Shown in pieces: positions 51,101 to 60,862 of a DNA stretch of 64,000 bases. A program made the translations under genes and the position numbers. The stretch covers positions 320,001-384,000 of the forward strand of contig CBDCDA010000001.1 in the NCBI GenBank assembly GCA_965215335.1, written 5' to 3'. The first letter of the stretch is position 1. Every line of letters starts with the position of its first letter. The DNA is from an uncultured Candidatus Entotheonella sp. (GTDB lineage: Bacteria > Tectomicrobia > Entotheonellia > Entotheonellales > Entotheonellaceae). Under the pieces are notes generated by a model. It ran no database searches. It was not told the origin of the DNA and was given only the letters and a program-made list of their open reading frames with translations.

Positions 51101-51297
51101 CCCTGGCCATCGGCTTCGGCGAAGGCGGCGAAGTCTGGGCGCCCCTGGGCCGTGTCGTGGTCGGCGGGCTGTCCGTCGCCGCGCTGTTCACCCTGTTTCT
51201 CGTTCCCACCTTGTACAGCCTCATCGAGGAGCGCCGCGCTCGGCGTCTCGTATCGCCTGCATCCGCCCACACCCTCACGCCCCAGGGCGCCGTGTAA
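48163..51297 (+). CDS. efflux RND transporter permease subunit (AcrB/AcrD/AcrF family)
   Basis: AVARPVTT, GMLVDNSVVVLENI, VNNGIIMVD, RLRPVLITTLTT; 1044 aa. Confidence 0.95.
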   Translation: MKLSALAVARPVTTGMFFLAVLVLGLISFSRLAVDQLPDIMRPSVTVTTAYEGAAPDIVERQVTNPLEKVLATINNVKSVRSSSSEDSSKISLDFDWNTDVDLAALEVREKVNDSLRLLPEEIDPPRISKFDPASWHIIYLNLTAGGALDPIALRHYAETTLLYQLQQIAGVASVDIWGGDQREIQVLIDRNRLAATGIPLQRVVEVVGAENVTKVGGHLESGRTDYVVRPLGEFERVEDIRDVILRHDGASPVYLKDVAEVHDGMKERLTRTRVNRIPGLVMAIRKQSGTNTVEVSDLIQARLPVLRQQLPPTMQLHLLFDRAAFIRRSIAQVERSALIGGCIAVVILLMFLRSLRPTIIIAFAIPLAVVATFILLYQVDISLNWMSLGGLALGIGMLVDNSVVVLENIFRHRQQGTDRREAAVVGSREVGMAIIASTLTTLCVFFPLIFMQGMMGIVFQELALTVAFALVTSLLVALTLVPMLCAKWLSRPLREGPPEGPTHRLDVAWRSVLVAIERGYGAALHVALHHRPAVLVLCACILGGTWTLYSSLGSELLPSVDEGMMYIRLEMPVGTRLEITDDIMADIETRVYNEAPDVQAMFVRSGLGFRGGGGTHSGFLWARLIDRSQRQESLKDVLAVLKEQLSNYPDGKVRIMERPSDVARLLGSGRSERLEVDVYGYDLARGRALAQQLADKIEAVEGVSYVRLNIDDSRPEMRITIDRQKAAALQISTHTILQAIETGIAGTIASKYREGRHEYDIRVRLRPEDRRELADLERIFVATPGGQQVPLRNLTAARADKGPVVIERRNQERAVTIQAGMTGTRDFGSLAAEIEELLATTAIPQGFHVRMGGEREEQREANRNVHLIVVLSILLVYMIMAALFESLLHPFVILLAIPFAAVGGILTLWLTGTNLSMPVWIGGIMLVGVAVNNGIIMVDYTNQLRQRGFDVMDATWRGAVTRLRPVLITTLTTALALLPLAIGFGEGGEVWAPLGRVVVGGLSVAALFTLFLVPTLYSLIEERRARRLVSPASAHTLTPQGAV

Positions 51298-51416
51298 CCA
51301 CACCAAAGCCGTAGCCCCGATTTTGCTCTTGACTTTCCGCCCCGAATCGTCTGTTGGGCAACTCACGAGTTGGTACTTTGGCATATATGGAGAACGCAGA
51401 AAAGAGGTTCGAGGTG

Positions 51417-52055
51417 ATGGATCGTCGCAGATTCCTGACCATTTTAAGCAGCACCGTGGCTGCCTCAGGCAGTGCGAAAGTCCTTGCCGTCCACAAAGTT
51501 GCCGCCCTTGGCACGATGAAAAAGGCTTATACGTTTTTCACGCATGCCGAGAGTGTCTTTATCGGAGCAGCGGTGGCCCGCCTCGTCTCGGCGGATGACC
51601 TCGGGCCGGGGGATCTCGAGGCCGATGTGCCGTACTTCATCGACCTGCCCGGCATCCATGACGAGCTGAAATTCAATCGTCGTTTGGAGTTATTCGAGGA
51701 CCTCTCCCGCAGCACGATCACCTGCCGCCCTCGGCTTCATCGGCGGTATTTTCAATGACTTACTTCCAGCTCGGCAGTGGCCCGATGATGTATCAGCCCA
51801 CGCCGCCGGGCACGCCGAGTCGGGGCTCGGAATAGAAACAGGCCGTGGCGCATTACTACAACCGTTCGCTCCAGGTGGTCGGTTTTCACGACCACCTGTC
51901 GTATCGCGGCAATTACATGGATCTCGATCCGAATTACAGCGACATCTACGGCAATCCGTTGCTGCTGCCTGACCTACGATATCGGGCCTAACGAGATCCA
52001 CATGTCAGACTACATGGTTGGCGTGGGTCACGAGGTTGCCAAGGCGATGAAGCCC
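51417..52055 (+). pseudogene. fused remnants of gluconate 2-dehydrogenase-like gamma (Tat) and flavoprotein subunits
   Basis: MDRRRFL Tat motif and FFT..E..FI.AAVARL...D.LGPG..EA.VPYFID joined to HDELKF..R.ELF.DLSRSTIT; later LDPNYSDIYGNPLL / TYDIGPNEIHMSDYM fragments with frameshifts. Confidence 0.65.
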
Positions 52056-52078
52056 AGATCGGGGGCAGGGAGGTTTCT

Positions 52079-52561
52079 TTGGCGACGTATTACTTGGAGA
52101 TGACTGATCCGGCGCAGTTGCGGCCGTCGCCTCGGATGGCGGAGGCTTTTGAGGTCAAACGGGCGCAGATACCGTGCGGTGCCCTGAACCGTTTCTTCTA
52201 CCAAACGGTCGGGGCAGCCTGGCGATGGACGGACCGCTTGCCCTGGACGGATGAGGACTGGCAGGCTTATGCCGAGCGTCCGGGACTTGAAACGTGGCTT
52301 GGCTATGTGCAGGGCACCCCGACGGGATACTTTGAACTGGCGCGACAGGATGCGGCTCAAGTGGAGATAGCGATGTTCGGCTTGCTGCCGCTTTTTATCG
52401 GGCGCGGCGTGGGTGGCGCCTTGCTGACGGCTGCTTTGCGGCGGGCTTGGGAAAAGGGGACACGGCGGGTGTGGTTGCACACCGCTTCGTCGGATCACCC
52501 GCACGCCCTGGGCAATTATCAGGCGCGCGGAATGCAGGTTTACAAGACCGAGACGACGTGA
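52079..52561 (+). CDS. GNAT family N-acetyltransferase
   Basis: FGLLPLFIGRGVGGALL motif A, VWLHT..DHPHALGNYQARG; start uncertain. Confidence 0.85.
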   Translation: MATYYLEMTDPAQLRPSPRMAEAFEVKRAQIPCGALNRFFYQTVGAAWRWTDRLPWTDEDWQAYAERPGLETWLGYVQGTPTGYFELARQDAAQVEIAMFGLLPLFIGRGVGGALLTAALRRAWEKGTRRVWLHTASSDHPHALGNYQARGMQVYKTETT

Positions 52562-52574
52562 AGGGGCAGTTACC

Positions 52575-54290
52575 CTACAGCGCGAGTTGCCGGCAGCGGT
52601 CGTAGCATGCTTGCAGCTTCTCACCACATTCCTGCCACATTTGGCGTCGAGATGCCACGAAGCCATCGAGTTGTTCTAGTCGCGCCTCCATTGCCTCGGG
52701 ACCGGGGCCGCCCATCACCTGCTTTGCCTGGAGGATGTTGGCAGGTTCCTGCAGGCGGCTCACCGTTTCGGCATCCACGGTGACGTCCAGACCTTCCGCC
52801 TGCAGGGCCTGGCTCATGGTGGCAGGAGTTACACGGTCCGACTCGCCCTGTTGCAGCGACAAGGCGACGGCGTGCTCCATCACCCGTTTGAGGCGCCGGA
52901 ATTCCACGCCGGTGCGCGCGACCAATTGCTCCATGAACTCGGTGGTGCCGGTGAAGCCGCTGCGGCCCATGGCGTACAGGCGCGTCGTGTCAATGCCCAC
53001 CGGGCGATCCAGCCAGGGGTTGGTGGCGAGTGGGCGGCAGGAATGGCGAACGACGCGGGTCATGATGGACACCGCCGGAAGTGCCTCCAAGCAGGCTTCC
53101 ATGATGAGATACTTGCTCCACTGATGGTCGCGGTTATAGCCCGTGAGGTTCGCCTGGCCCAGGGTCAGCAGCGCGCCCAGCCGGCTGGCGACCTCGGTGG
53201 CCTTGGCCTTGATGACCTCCAGCGCGTCGGGGTTGACCTTTTGGGGCATGATGCTGCTGCCGGAACAGAAGCGTGGATGCAGCTTGAGCACCCCGAACTC
53301 CGGCGTGCTCAAGAGGATCAACGTCTGCGCCATGCTGGAGAGGTGGGCGAGGAGAACGGCGAGAATCTGCGCCAGATCGGCCTCCGGTTCCCAGCGGCTG
53401 GCGATCGGGTCCAGGGAATTGGGCTCGGGGCCGTAGCACCCCAGCAACTCGGCGGTGAGTTGGCGGTTGATAGCAAACGTGGTGCTGAACCCGGTGACGC
53501 AGCCCAAGGGGCTGTAATTGAAGGTCTCGTACCAGAAATTCAGGCGCTGCACCACGCGCCGCAGCGCCTCGGCATAGGCCGCCAGATGATGGCCGAAGGT
53601 CGACAGGGTGGCGTGTTGATGGTGGGTATAGCCCGCCATGACGCTGTTCAGGTGCTGGCGCGCCACTATCGATAGCGCGTCCATGCAGCCGAGGCAGAGC
53701 CGCGCCAGGTTGAACACTCGCTCCCGCATCCACAGGCGCATGTCGGTAACCACCTGGTCATTGCGGCTGCGCGCCGTATGCAGGGACAGCGCGGCGTTGA
53801 TGCCGAGGTTGCCGCTCAGATAGGTTTCGATGCTGGTGTGAACGTCTTCGAGGGCGGGCTGTACGACGAAGCGGCCGAGGCGGTACTGGTGTTCGATTTC
53901 GGCAAGGCCGTCCAGAATGGCCCGTCCCTGCTCAGCGGTGAGGATGGCGCAGCTGACCAGCATGTGCGTGTGGGCACGATTGACCCACAGATCGAACGGC
54001 ACCAGACTCTGGTCGGCGGCGCCTTTGCCGGCGACATCCCAGCCGGCCATGAAGGCCACGACTTCCGGCGTCGGGCTGACAAGGCGGTTGCCGTACAGGC
54101 GCCTGGCCTCTTGATGCTGCTGGCCCTGGAGGCGATCCAGGGTGTCGTCATCGCATCCGGGAGTGCCGCAGACGGCGCAGTAGCGATCCGCCGCCGGACC
54201 TTCTTCCCGGGCTTGTCCCCAAGCCTTGGCCGGCCGCTCGGCCCCGCACGCTTGACAGTGCCATGCGGGGTTCGCGTCGATTGCCTCCAC
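52575..54290 (-). CDS. argH: argininosuccinate lyase with N-terminal Cys4 extension
   Basis: EDVHTSIE, LHTARSRNDQV, GYTH, GSSIMPQKVNPD, YNRD; GTG start at 54290, 4 nt after the dapA stop. Confidence 0.82.
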   Translation of the reverse strand: MEAIDANPAWHCQACGAERPAKAWGQAREEGPAADRYCAVCGTPGCDDDTLDRLQGQQHQEARRLYGNRLVSPTPEVVAFMAGWDVAGKGAADQSLVPFDLWVNRAHTHMLVSCAILTAEQGRAILDGLAEIEHQYRLGRFVVQPALEDVHTSIETYLSGNLGINAALSLHTARSRNDQVVTDMRLWMRERVFNLARLCLGCMDALSIVARQHLNSVMAGYTHHQHATLSTFGHHLAAYAEALRRVVQRLNFWYETFNYSPLGCVTGFSTTFAINRQLTAELLGCYGPEPNSLDPIASRWEPEADLAQILAVLLAHLSSMAQTLILLSTPEFGVLKLHPRFCSGSSIMPQKVNPDALEVIKAKATEVASRLGALLTLGQANLTGYNRDHQWSKYLIMEACLEALPAVSIMTRVVRHSCRPLATNPWLDRPVGIDTTRLYAMGRSGFTGTTEFMEQLVARTGVEFRRLKRVMEHAVALSLQQGESDRVTPATMSQALQAEGLDVTVDAETVSRLQEPANILQAKQVMGGPGPEAMEARLEQLDGFVASRRQMWQECGEKLQACYDRCRQLAL

Positions 54291-54294
54291 GAGC

Positions 54295-55194
54295 CTAAAT
54301 CTTCCCCAATTCCTGCAAACAGCGCTGCAGCTCGGCGCGGCTCTCGGGCCGCATGGCAACCAGGGGCAGGCGCAGCGCGCCGGCCGGCTGACCCATCATG
54401 GCCAGGGCGGTTTTCACCGGCACCGGGTTGGTCTCGATGAACAGGGCGTTGACGACGTCCAGGGTGCGGAAATGGATGTCCTGGGCCGCCTTGTAATCGC
54501 CACGTGCAAACGCCTGCATCATTTCGTGCAGCTCCTTGCCGACCACGTGGGCGACGGCGGCGATGGCACCATCGCCGCCCAGGCACAGCGAGCCGAAGGT
54601 CAGGGCGTCCTCGCCGCTCAGCACGTAGAACTTCTTGCTCATCTTGCGCGTGGCGGCCAGCAGCGCCATGGTCTGGTTGACGTTGGCCGCCGCGTCCTTG
54701 ACGCCGACGATGGTGTCGATCTGCGCCAGTGCCAGGAGCGTCTTGACGTCGATCAACCGTCCCGTGCGTCCGGGGATATTGTAAAGAATCAGCGGCAGGC
54801 TCGTGCTCTTGGCAACGGCCTCGAAGTGCGCCATCAAGCCGTGCTGTTCCGGCTTGTTGTAGTACGGGCAGACCTGCAGCGACGCCGCGGCGCCGGCCTG
54901 TTCGGCGTGCCTGGTCATTTCGATGGCTTCGTGTGTCGAGTTGGAACCCGTACCGGCGATGACGGGCACGCGACCAGCGGTCGCATCGATGACGATCTCG
55001 GTTACCCGCTGGTGTTCGGCGTGCGACAGGGTGGGGGATTCGCCCGTCGTGCCGCAGGGCACCAGGCTGTCGGCCTTTTGCTCTTCGATGAGGTAATCCA
55101 CCAAGCGGCGCAGGCCGGGTTCGTCAACGCTGAAGTCGTCCTTGAAGGGGGTGATGATGGGGATGTGAATGCCGGTCCAATCATACTGGGCCAT
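54295..55194 (-). CDS. dapA: 4-hydroxy-tetrahydrodipicolinate synthase
   Basis: GTTGESPTL, IAGTGSNST, PYYNKP, LYNIPGRTG, GVKDA, SGED, ETNPVPVK. Confidence 0.95.
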   Translation of the reverse strand: MAQYDWTGIHIPIITPFKDDFSVDEPGLRRLVDYLIEEQKADSLVPCGTTGESPTLSHAEHQRVTEIVIDATAGRVPVIAGTGSNSTHEAIEMTRHAEQAGAAASLQVCPYYNKPEQHGLMAHFEAVAKSTSLPLILYNIPGRTGRLIDVKTLLALAQIDTIVGVKDAAANVNQTMALLAATRKMSKKFYVLSGEDALTFGSLCLGGDGAIAAVAHVVGKELHEMMQAFARGDYKAAQDIHFRTLDVVNALFIETNPVPVKTALAMMGQPAGALRLPLVAMRPESRAELQRCLQELGKI

Positions 55195-55254
55195 GATTGC
55201 CTCCTTCCGGTTCGGGCCCCCGGTAGCGAGCGGCCCGTTCATTACGCGACGTCG

Positions 55255-56442
55255 CTACACCGGCGCGGCGTCCGCCGCCATGTCGAAGACCTGCCGGATG
55301 CCATACGTCGTGGTGCGTTCCGCCGGCACCCGGCCAATCTGGCGAATCAACTGCCGGAACTCGTCCACGGGCATATACTGGCCAGCCGTGGCGCCGGCCA
55401 GCCGCGAGATGTTCTCATTGATCAGCGTGCCGCCGTAGTCGCTGGCACCGGCCTGCAGGCAGCGCTGCGACAGCTGACGACCCAATTTGACCCACGAGAC
55501 CTGCACGTTGTCGATCCAGCCCCGCAGCATGATGCGCGCCAGGGCGTGCACCTTGATGCTCTCCTCCTCGGTGGGGCCGGGACGCGCCATGCCGAGCTGG
55601 AACAACCCCGTATTGGCGTGCACGAAGCCCAGGGGCACAAACTCCGTAAAGCCGCCGGTTTCCTTCTGGATGTCGCGCAGCAGGATGAACTGGTTGATCC
55701 AGTGTTCGGGGGTTTCCAGGTGGCCGTACATCATGGTGGAGGTAGTCGGGATGCCCAGCTTGTGGGCGGTGCGGACCACGTTGGTCCACTGTTTCACCGT
55801 GACCTTCTTGCGCGACAGCATGTGCCGCACGTCGTCGTCCAGAATTTCCGCCGCGGTGCCGGGCAGGGTGTCGAGGCCGTTGTCCTTCAGCATCTGCAGG
55901 TAGTCGTGCAGTGCCATGCCGGTGAGTTCGGTGCCGTACGTCATCTCCATCGGGGAGAAGGCATGGGCGTGCATGTCCGGCACCGCCTTCTTGATGATAC
56001 GCAGGATGTCCCGGTAATAAAACGGGTCCAGGCCGCGCGGCAGCCCGCCTTGCACGCAGACCTCGGTGGCGCCCATTTCCCGCGCTTCGAGGGTCCGCTG
56101 CGCGATCTCCTCGAACGGCAGGTTGTAGGCGTCGGACGCCCGCGCCGAGGTGCTGAACGAGCAAAAGGCGCAGCCGATGAAACAGACGTTGGTGAAGTTG
56201 ATGTTGCGGTTGACGACGTAGGTGATGACGTCACCCACGATCTCTCGGCGCAGGTGATCCGCCACCGCCGCCAGCGCCTCGACGTCTTCGCTGGGCAGCG
56301 TGGCCAGAACGAGGCCCTCGTCGCGGGCCAACTCGTGCCCGGTCATGGCCTTTTCCAGCACGCGCGCCACCTCGGGGGTGGTCTGCGGCAGCAGATGCGC
56401 CACGCGCTCCTGGGATTCCTGCACGTTCGCAGCGATCTTCAT
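55255..56442 (-). CDS. cofH: FO synthase subunit CofH (radical SAM)
   Basis: TYVVNRNINFTNVCFIGCAFC, HAFSPME, PGTAAEIL, NVQVSWVKLG, GGTLINENISR; overlaps the cofG stop (ATGA). Confidence 0.9.
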   Translation of the reverse strand: MKIAANVQESQERVAHLLPQTTPEVARVLEKAMTGHELARDEGLVLATLPSEDVEALAAVADHLRREIVGDVITYVVNRNINFTNVCFIGCAFCSFSTSARASDAYNLPFEEIAQRTLEAREMGATEVCVQGGLPRGLDPFYYRDILRIIKKAVPDMHAHAFSPMEMTYGTELTGMALHDYLQMLKDNGLDTLPGTAAEILDDDVRHMLSRKKVTVKQWTNVVRTAHKLGIPTTSTMMYGHLETPEHWINQFILLRDIQKETGGFTEFVPLGFVHANTGLFQLGMARPGPTEEESIKVHALARIMLRGWIDNVQVSWVKLGRQLSQRCLQAGASDYGGTLINENISRLAGATAGQYMPVDEFRQLIRQIGRVPAERTTTYGIRQVFDMAADAAPV

Positions 56443-57653
56443 GGAATCGGTACTCCTTTCCGTTCCTCGATTGGATAACCATCCTCGTCCACCATCGCTC
56501 GCAGGCGGGGTTCCAGGGCCGCCGCCATGAAGCCTTGCTTGCGGACGATAAATTCGGGGTACACCGTCAGGCGGGGGCGCAACGTCAGGCCCAGCTCGGC
56601 GGACACACGTTCCAGCGTTTGAATCTGTGGCCAGGGCGCTTCGGGATTGATGAAGTCGATGGTCAGCGGGGAAATGCCGCCCCAGTCGTTGATGCCGGCG
56701 GGGACCAGCAATTGGTATTGTTCCGGGGTCAGGTTCGGCGGCACCTGCAGGTTGATGTCGCCGCTCAGCATGAGCCGGGCCACGGCGGTTGTGCGCATGA
56801 AGTCCAGCAAGGCCGGCTCCGGCTGCGCGTGCATCGGGATGTCCGGCTTGGCGCGGAAATTCTGAACGATGACTTCCTGGATGTGGCCATGCCGGTCATG
56901 CAGGTCTTGAATCGCTTCGAGAGTCTCCAGCCGCTCGACGAACGTCTCGCCGATGCCGACCAGCATGCCGGTCGTGAAGGGGATTCTCAGCTTGCCGGCG
57001 TTTTCAATCGTTTTCAATCGCACCGCGGGGTCTTTATCCGGTGCCCCGTCGTGGGCCATGCCCGGACCCAGAAGGCGGCGGCTGGTGGTTTCCAGCATGA
57101 GGCCCATGCTTGGGCTCACGTCGCGCAGACGCTCCAGGTCCTTGCGACCCATGACGCCCGGGTTGGCGTGCGGCAGCAGCGACGTGTGATCGAGAACGAG
57201 CTGGCACATCTCCACCAGGTAATCCACGGTGCGCCGGTGGCCGTGCTGCCGCAACGTCTGGCGCATCTCCGGGAACAACGCTTCGGGTTTGTCGCCCAAG
57301 CTGAACAACGCCTCCTTGCAGCCCAGCTTCGCCCCGTCCCGGGCCACCTGCAGGACCTCGTCCGGGGTCATGGTCCTGGCGCCGGGGTCGCCGGGGTCTT
57401 TGCGAAACGTGCAGTAGCCGCAGTAATCGCGGCAGAGATTCGTCAGGGGCAGGAAGACCTTGGGGGAGTATGTGATGGTGGCCCCATGGTGCCGTGCCCG
57501 CCGGCTGTCGGCCACTTGCAGGAGGGCCAGCAGTTCGCCGCTCGTCAGGTGCTCGAAAGCGACCATTTCCTGGGCGGTCAGGGACGCCCCGGCTTCGGCT
57601 CGGCTCAGGGCTTGTGCAATGGCGGGTCGGCACGCCGGACTGATCAGGGTCAT
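56439..57653 (-). CDS. cofG: FO synthase subunit CofG (radical SAM)
   Basis: TYSPKVFLPLTNLCRDYCGYC, LPHANPG, SMGLMLE, QEVIVQNFRAKP, QVPPNL, GINDWGGISP. Confidence 0.92.
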   Translation of the reverse strand: MTLISPACRPAIAQALSRAEAGASLTAQEMVAFEHLTSGELLALLQVADSRRARHHGATITYSPKVFLPLTNLCRDYCGYCTFRKDPGDPGARTMTPDEVLQVARDGAKLGCKEALFSLGDKPEALFPEMRQTLRQHGHRRTVDYLVEMCQLVLDHTSLLPHANPGVMGRKDLERLRDVSPSMGLMLETTSRRLLGPGMAHDGAPDKDPAVRLKTIENAGKLRIPFTTGMLVGIGETFVERLETLEAIQDLHDRHGHIQEVIVQNFRAKPDIPMHAQPEPALLDFMRTTAVARLMLSGDINLQVPPNLTPEQYQLLVPAGINDWGGISPLTIDFINPEAPWPQIQTLERVSAELGLTLRPRLTVYPEFIVRKQGFMAAALEPRLRAMVDEDGYPIEERKGVPIP

Positions 57654-57867
57654 GCGCGGTACTCGACGCTCTGAAGGGGTCTTCACGGAAGCGCCCACCC
57701 CCCGCATCACCGCAGGCATGCAAGGCGTGAACGTGCATTGAAACGTTGGCAATTGGTAACACACGGGAGCGCGGCTTGTCAATGATCCGGCCTTTTGCTA
57801 GCGTTGGCCCCGGCCATGGGTGGGACGCATCCGGCATGCAGGCAACGGCGACTCTGAGGAGAGAGCG

Positions 57868-58728
57868 ATGGGGAACGGATTGATCAAGTGTGATCTGACG
57901 TTGGAAACCTATTTCGTCTACGGCGGTGCGGCTTCCGTCATCAACAAGACCGTCTTGCCGCGGCGCCAGGGGCAGCCGATTCTGATGCGCGGCGAGGTGG
58001 GCATCAAGGACGACGGCAACCTGCGCCCGATGGTGGCCCACAACACCACGCACGTCGACATGCCGCTGCACTTCATTGCCGACACCGCCGACCTGGACCA
58101 GGTGCTGAACAATTCGAGCTATCGGATCAATTACCCCATGCTCGCCCGCGTCCTCGACGTCTCCACGTGGCCCGACCCGCAGGTTTTTCACGAACGCAAC
58201 GGGGTGCGCTATTGCGAACGAGTCACCGCCGAGATGCTGCCCCCGCCGGACGAGTTGCGGCACTATGACGCGCTGGTCGTGCTCACCGGCTTTGGCGCCG
58301 TGATGCGGCAGGGCTCCGAGCGTTTTCAGCCGGACACGGCAGGCTTCTACCATCTTCCGTACATCGATGTCGATGTGGCGCAGCGGGTGGTGGAGGCCGG
58401 TCTCACCGTGCTAGCAATCGACTGCACGACGGTCGAGCGCCAGACCGCGGGCAACCCGCTGCGCATGACGGGGGACGTGCACCCGGTCCTGTTGGGTCAC
58501 GAACCGCCGGTGTTCATTCTGGAGGGCGTGGCGGGGGACCGCGTCGCCGCCCGGGCCGGCTTCCTGCCGACCGAGGGCGTCCTCGAGGTCATCGCCCGGC
58601 GGACGAACGCCGCCGGCGCGGATGCCGCGCATACGCGCGTCTTTCTGAGCTTCTACGCGGGTGACGACAACCACCAGCGCCTGGAGCGGCTTCTGGACAT
58701 CGTCACCCCGGAGCACCTGTACGGCTGA
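57868..58728 (+). CDS. cyclase family (kynurenine formamidase-like) metal-dependent hydrolase
   Basis: HNTTHVDMPLHF (HxxTHxDxPxH), LTG, AID, VH..LL, ILE. Confidence 0.72.
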   Translation: MGNGLIKCDLTLETYFVYGGAASVINKTVLPRRQGQPILMRGEVGIKDDGNLRPMVAHNTTHVDMPLHFIADTADLDQVLNNSSYRINYPMLARVLDVSTWPDPQVFHERNGVRYCERVTAEMLPPPDELRHYDALVVLTGFGAVMRQGSERFQPDTAGFYHLPYIDVDVAQRVVEAGLTVLAIDCTTVERQTAGNPLRMTGDVHPVLLGHEPPVFILEGVAGDRVAARAGFLPTEGVLEVIARRTNAAGADAAHTRVFLSFYAGDDNHQRLERLLDIVTPEHLYG

Positions 58729-58745
58729 AGGGAACGGGGCCGTTC

Positions 58746-59921
58746 TCATGTCAGCAGGTCGAGTGCCGCCAGTGTGTAGATACGAGCGGATTCGATCAAC
58801 CGGGAAATCTCGACGTATTCGTTCGGCTGATGTGCCTTCTCCGGCAGGCCGGGGCCGCAGATGACCATGGGCGCGTCGTACGCCGGCACGAACACCGAGC
58901 CGTCGGTGGCGAAGGTGGCGGCCGTTGGCACCGAGGTGTCGCCGGTCACGAGGTCGCGCTGTCGCACAAAGGTCTGCACGTACGGGTCGTCGAAAGGGAT
59001 ATCCAGCGGAATGCGCTCGTTGATGGGACGCACCTCGATATGCAGCGTGGGGTCTTCCGCGCACAACCGGTCGACCAGTTGGCGAACCGTATCCAGGATC
59101 TGCTGATGGTCCTGGCCGATGACCGTGCGGGTGTCGATGGTGACGCGGCAGGCGTCGGGCACGACGTTGGTCTTCACGCCGCCCTCGATGGTGGCGATGT
59201 TCATCGTGAAGTCGCCCAGCAGCGGGTGCGTCTCGTAGGGGATGTCCTCGGCCTGCAGCGCCTCCAGCAGCCGGCTCATGTGGGCGATGGCGTTGACGCC
59301 GAGATGCGGCATGGAGCCGTGCGCCGTCTGCCCCTTGGACTGCAGTTCAAGCCACAACACGCCTTTTTCGGCGGTGATGACGCGGTTGGCGGTCGGCTCG
59401 CCGATGACCATGAAGCCGACGTCGTCCAGTTTCTGTTCCCGTACCAGTTCCCGAGCCCCCATGGACTCGATTTCCTCGCCCGCGGTGCCGGCAAAGAGCA
59501 GATTGCCCTTGAGGGTCGCACCGCTCCGTTGCACGGCCCGCATCGCCACGAGCATGGCGGCGACGCCCGCCTTCATGTCGGTGGTGCCCAGACCCCGGAT
59601 CTTGCCGTCGTCGATGTCGGCCGCCAACACCTCGTATGCCCAGTTGTCACCCGCCGGCACCGTATCCAGATGGCCGCTGAACAGCACGGCGCGCCGCTCG
59701 CCCCGGCCATCCAGGCCGCCGACCACGCTGGCTCTGCCGTCTTCCGCGTGCGACACCAGCTCGGCAGCCATGTCGTTCTGCCGCAGCCAGTCGGCGACGA
59801 ACGTCGCCGCCCTGGCTTCATCGCCCGGCGGGTTGATCGTGCGGATGCGCACCAGGTCCTGGGTCAGCTGCACCAGCGCCCCCTCGTCCAAGGCGGCCAG
59901 CGCGCGTTCTCGCGTGCCCAT
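58746..59921 (-). CDS. M20 family metallopeptidase/deacylase (ArgE/DapE-like)
   Basis: SGHLDTVP, GTTDMKAG, GEE, GEPT, AHGS.P..GVNAI, GPG...AHQPNEY. Confidence 0.9.
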   Translation of the reverse strand: MGTRERALAALDEGALVQLTQDLVRIRTINPPGDEARAATFVADWLRQNDMAAELVSHAEDGRASVVGGLDGRGERRAVLFSGHLDTVPAGDNWAYEVLAADIDDGKIRGLGTTDMKAGVAAMLVAMRAVQRSGATLKGNLLFAGTAGEEIESMGARELVREQKLDDVGFMVIGEPTANRVITAEKGVLWLELQSKGQTAHGSMPHLGVNAIAHMSRLLEALQAEDIPYETHPLLGDFTMNIATIEGGVKTNVVPDACRVTIDTRTVIGQDHQQILDTVRQLVDRLCAEDPTLHIEVRPINERIPLDIPFDDPYVQTFVRQRDLVTGDTSVPTAATFATDGSVFVPAYDAPMVICGPGLPEKAHQPNEYVEISRLIESARIYTLAALDLLT

Positions 59922-60061
59922 CGTGTACCCCTTTTTGATGAAATTGCGGTTCCTGTGCGTCGTTCTTCAAACGCTGATTATCAAAGGAGTGAAATTAGAA
60001 TGTCAAGGCCATGCGAAGGGCCAGACATGTGCCGCGACGCCACTCGGCCACGAGGTGACGA

Positions 60062-60862
60062 ATGAGCCCGGCAAAGCCGAAGCTGGCAGCCGCGGTTGAG
60101 AACTGCTTCGCCGACCTTGCGCGCGTTCACGCCTCTGGCGGCGCGACCGGCGAACGGTCGAGCCATGGACCGCTGGCGAACCTGCTCAACGCCGTCGGCG
60201 CGACCCTGAAGCCCAAGGTGTTCTGCGTCGGCGAGCTGGCCGACCAGGGCGCCGGCCATCCCGACTTCGGTCTCTACGCTGCCCATCAGGTGCAGCGGGG
60301 GCGACCTCGCAAGGGACAGGTTCCGGAACGGGGCGTCGTGGAAGTGAAAGCGCCCACTGAAGATACCGGCGGCACGATGATTCGCGAGCAGGTGGTCCGC
60401 TACCGACGCCGCTACGATCTGGTCCTGGTAACCAACCTGCACGCCTTCACCCTGGTTGTCCCGGACGAGTCTGGCGGGGAACGGACGCTGGAAACCTTTC
60501 TCCTGGCAGCCAGCGCGGACGAGTTTGCCCGCAAGCTGGAAACGCCGCGCGCCTTCGCAGGCGAGGTGGCCGCAGGTCTTGTCGAATACCTTTCCCGGGC
60601 GCTGTCACACCGTGCCGCCATCGCTGAACCCAAGGATCTGGCCTGGCTGCTGGCGTCCTATGCGCGTGACGGGCTCGCACGGGTCGAGGCGGCCGGCGAC
60701 GCGTCGTCATTGGCCGCGGTGCGCGCGGCCCTGGAAGAAGCGTTGGGCGTCCGTTTCGAGGGCGACAAGGGCGCCCGGTTCTTCCATTCAACTTGCCATC
60801 GGAATTCAAAATATCAAATGCCTTTTGGCAGTTTCCATGGTGTCGAAAGACACGATCGATAA
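60062..60862 (+). pseudogene. truncated N-terminal part of a type ISP/IIG-like restriction-modification (N6-methylase) enzyme
   Basis: GATGERS...LANLLNAVG..LKPKV, GHPDFGLY, GVVEVK (PD-D/ExK-like), LVTN; similarity stops at RFFHST (~60790) before any methylase motif. Confidence 0.65.

Noticed and set aside
46850..51297. RND pair lacking an outer-membrane factor gene
   Set aside because: Common; TolC-like channels are often encoded elsewhere.
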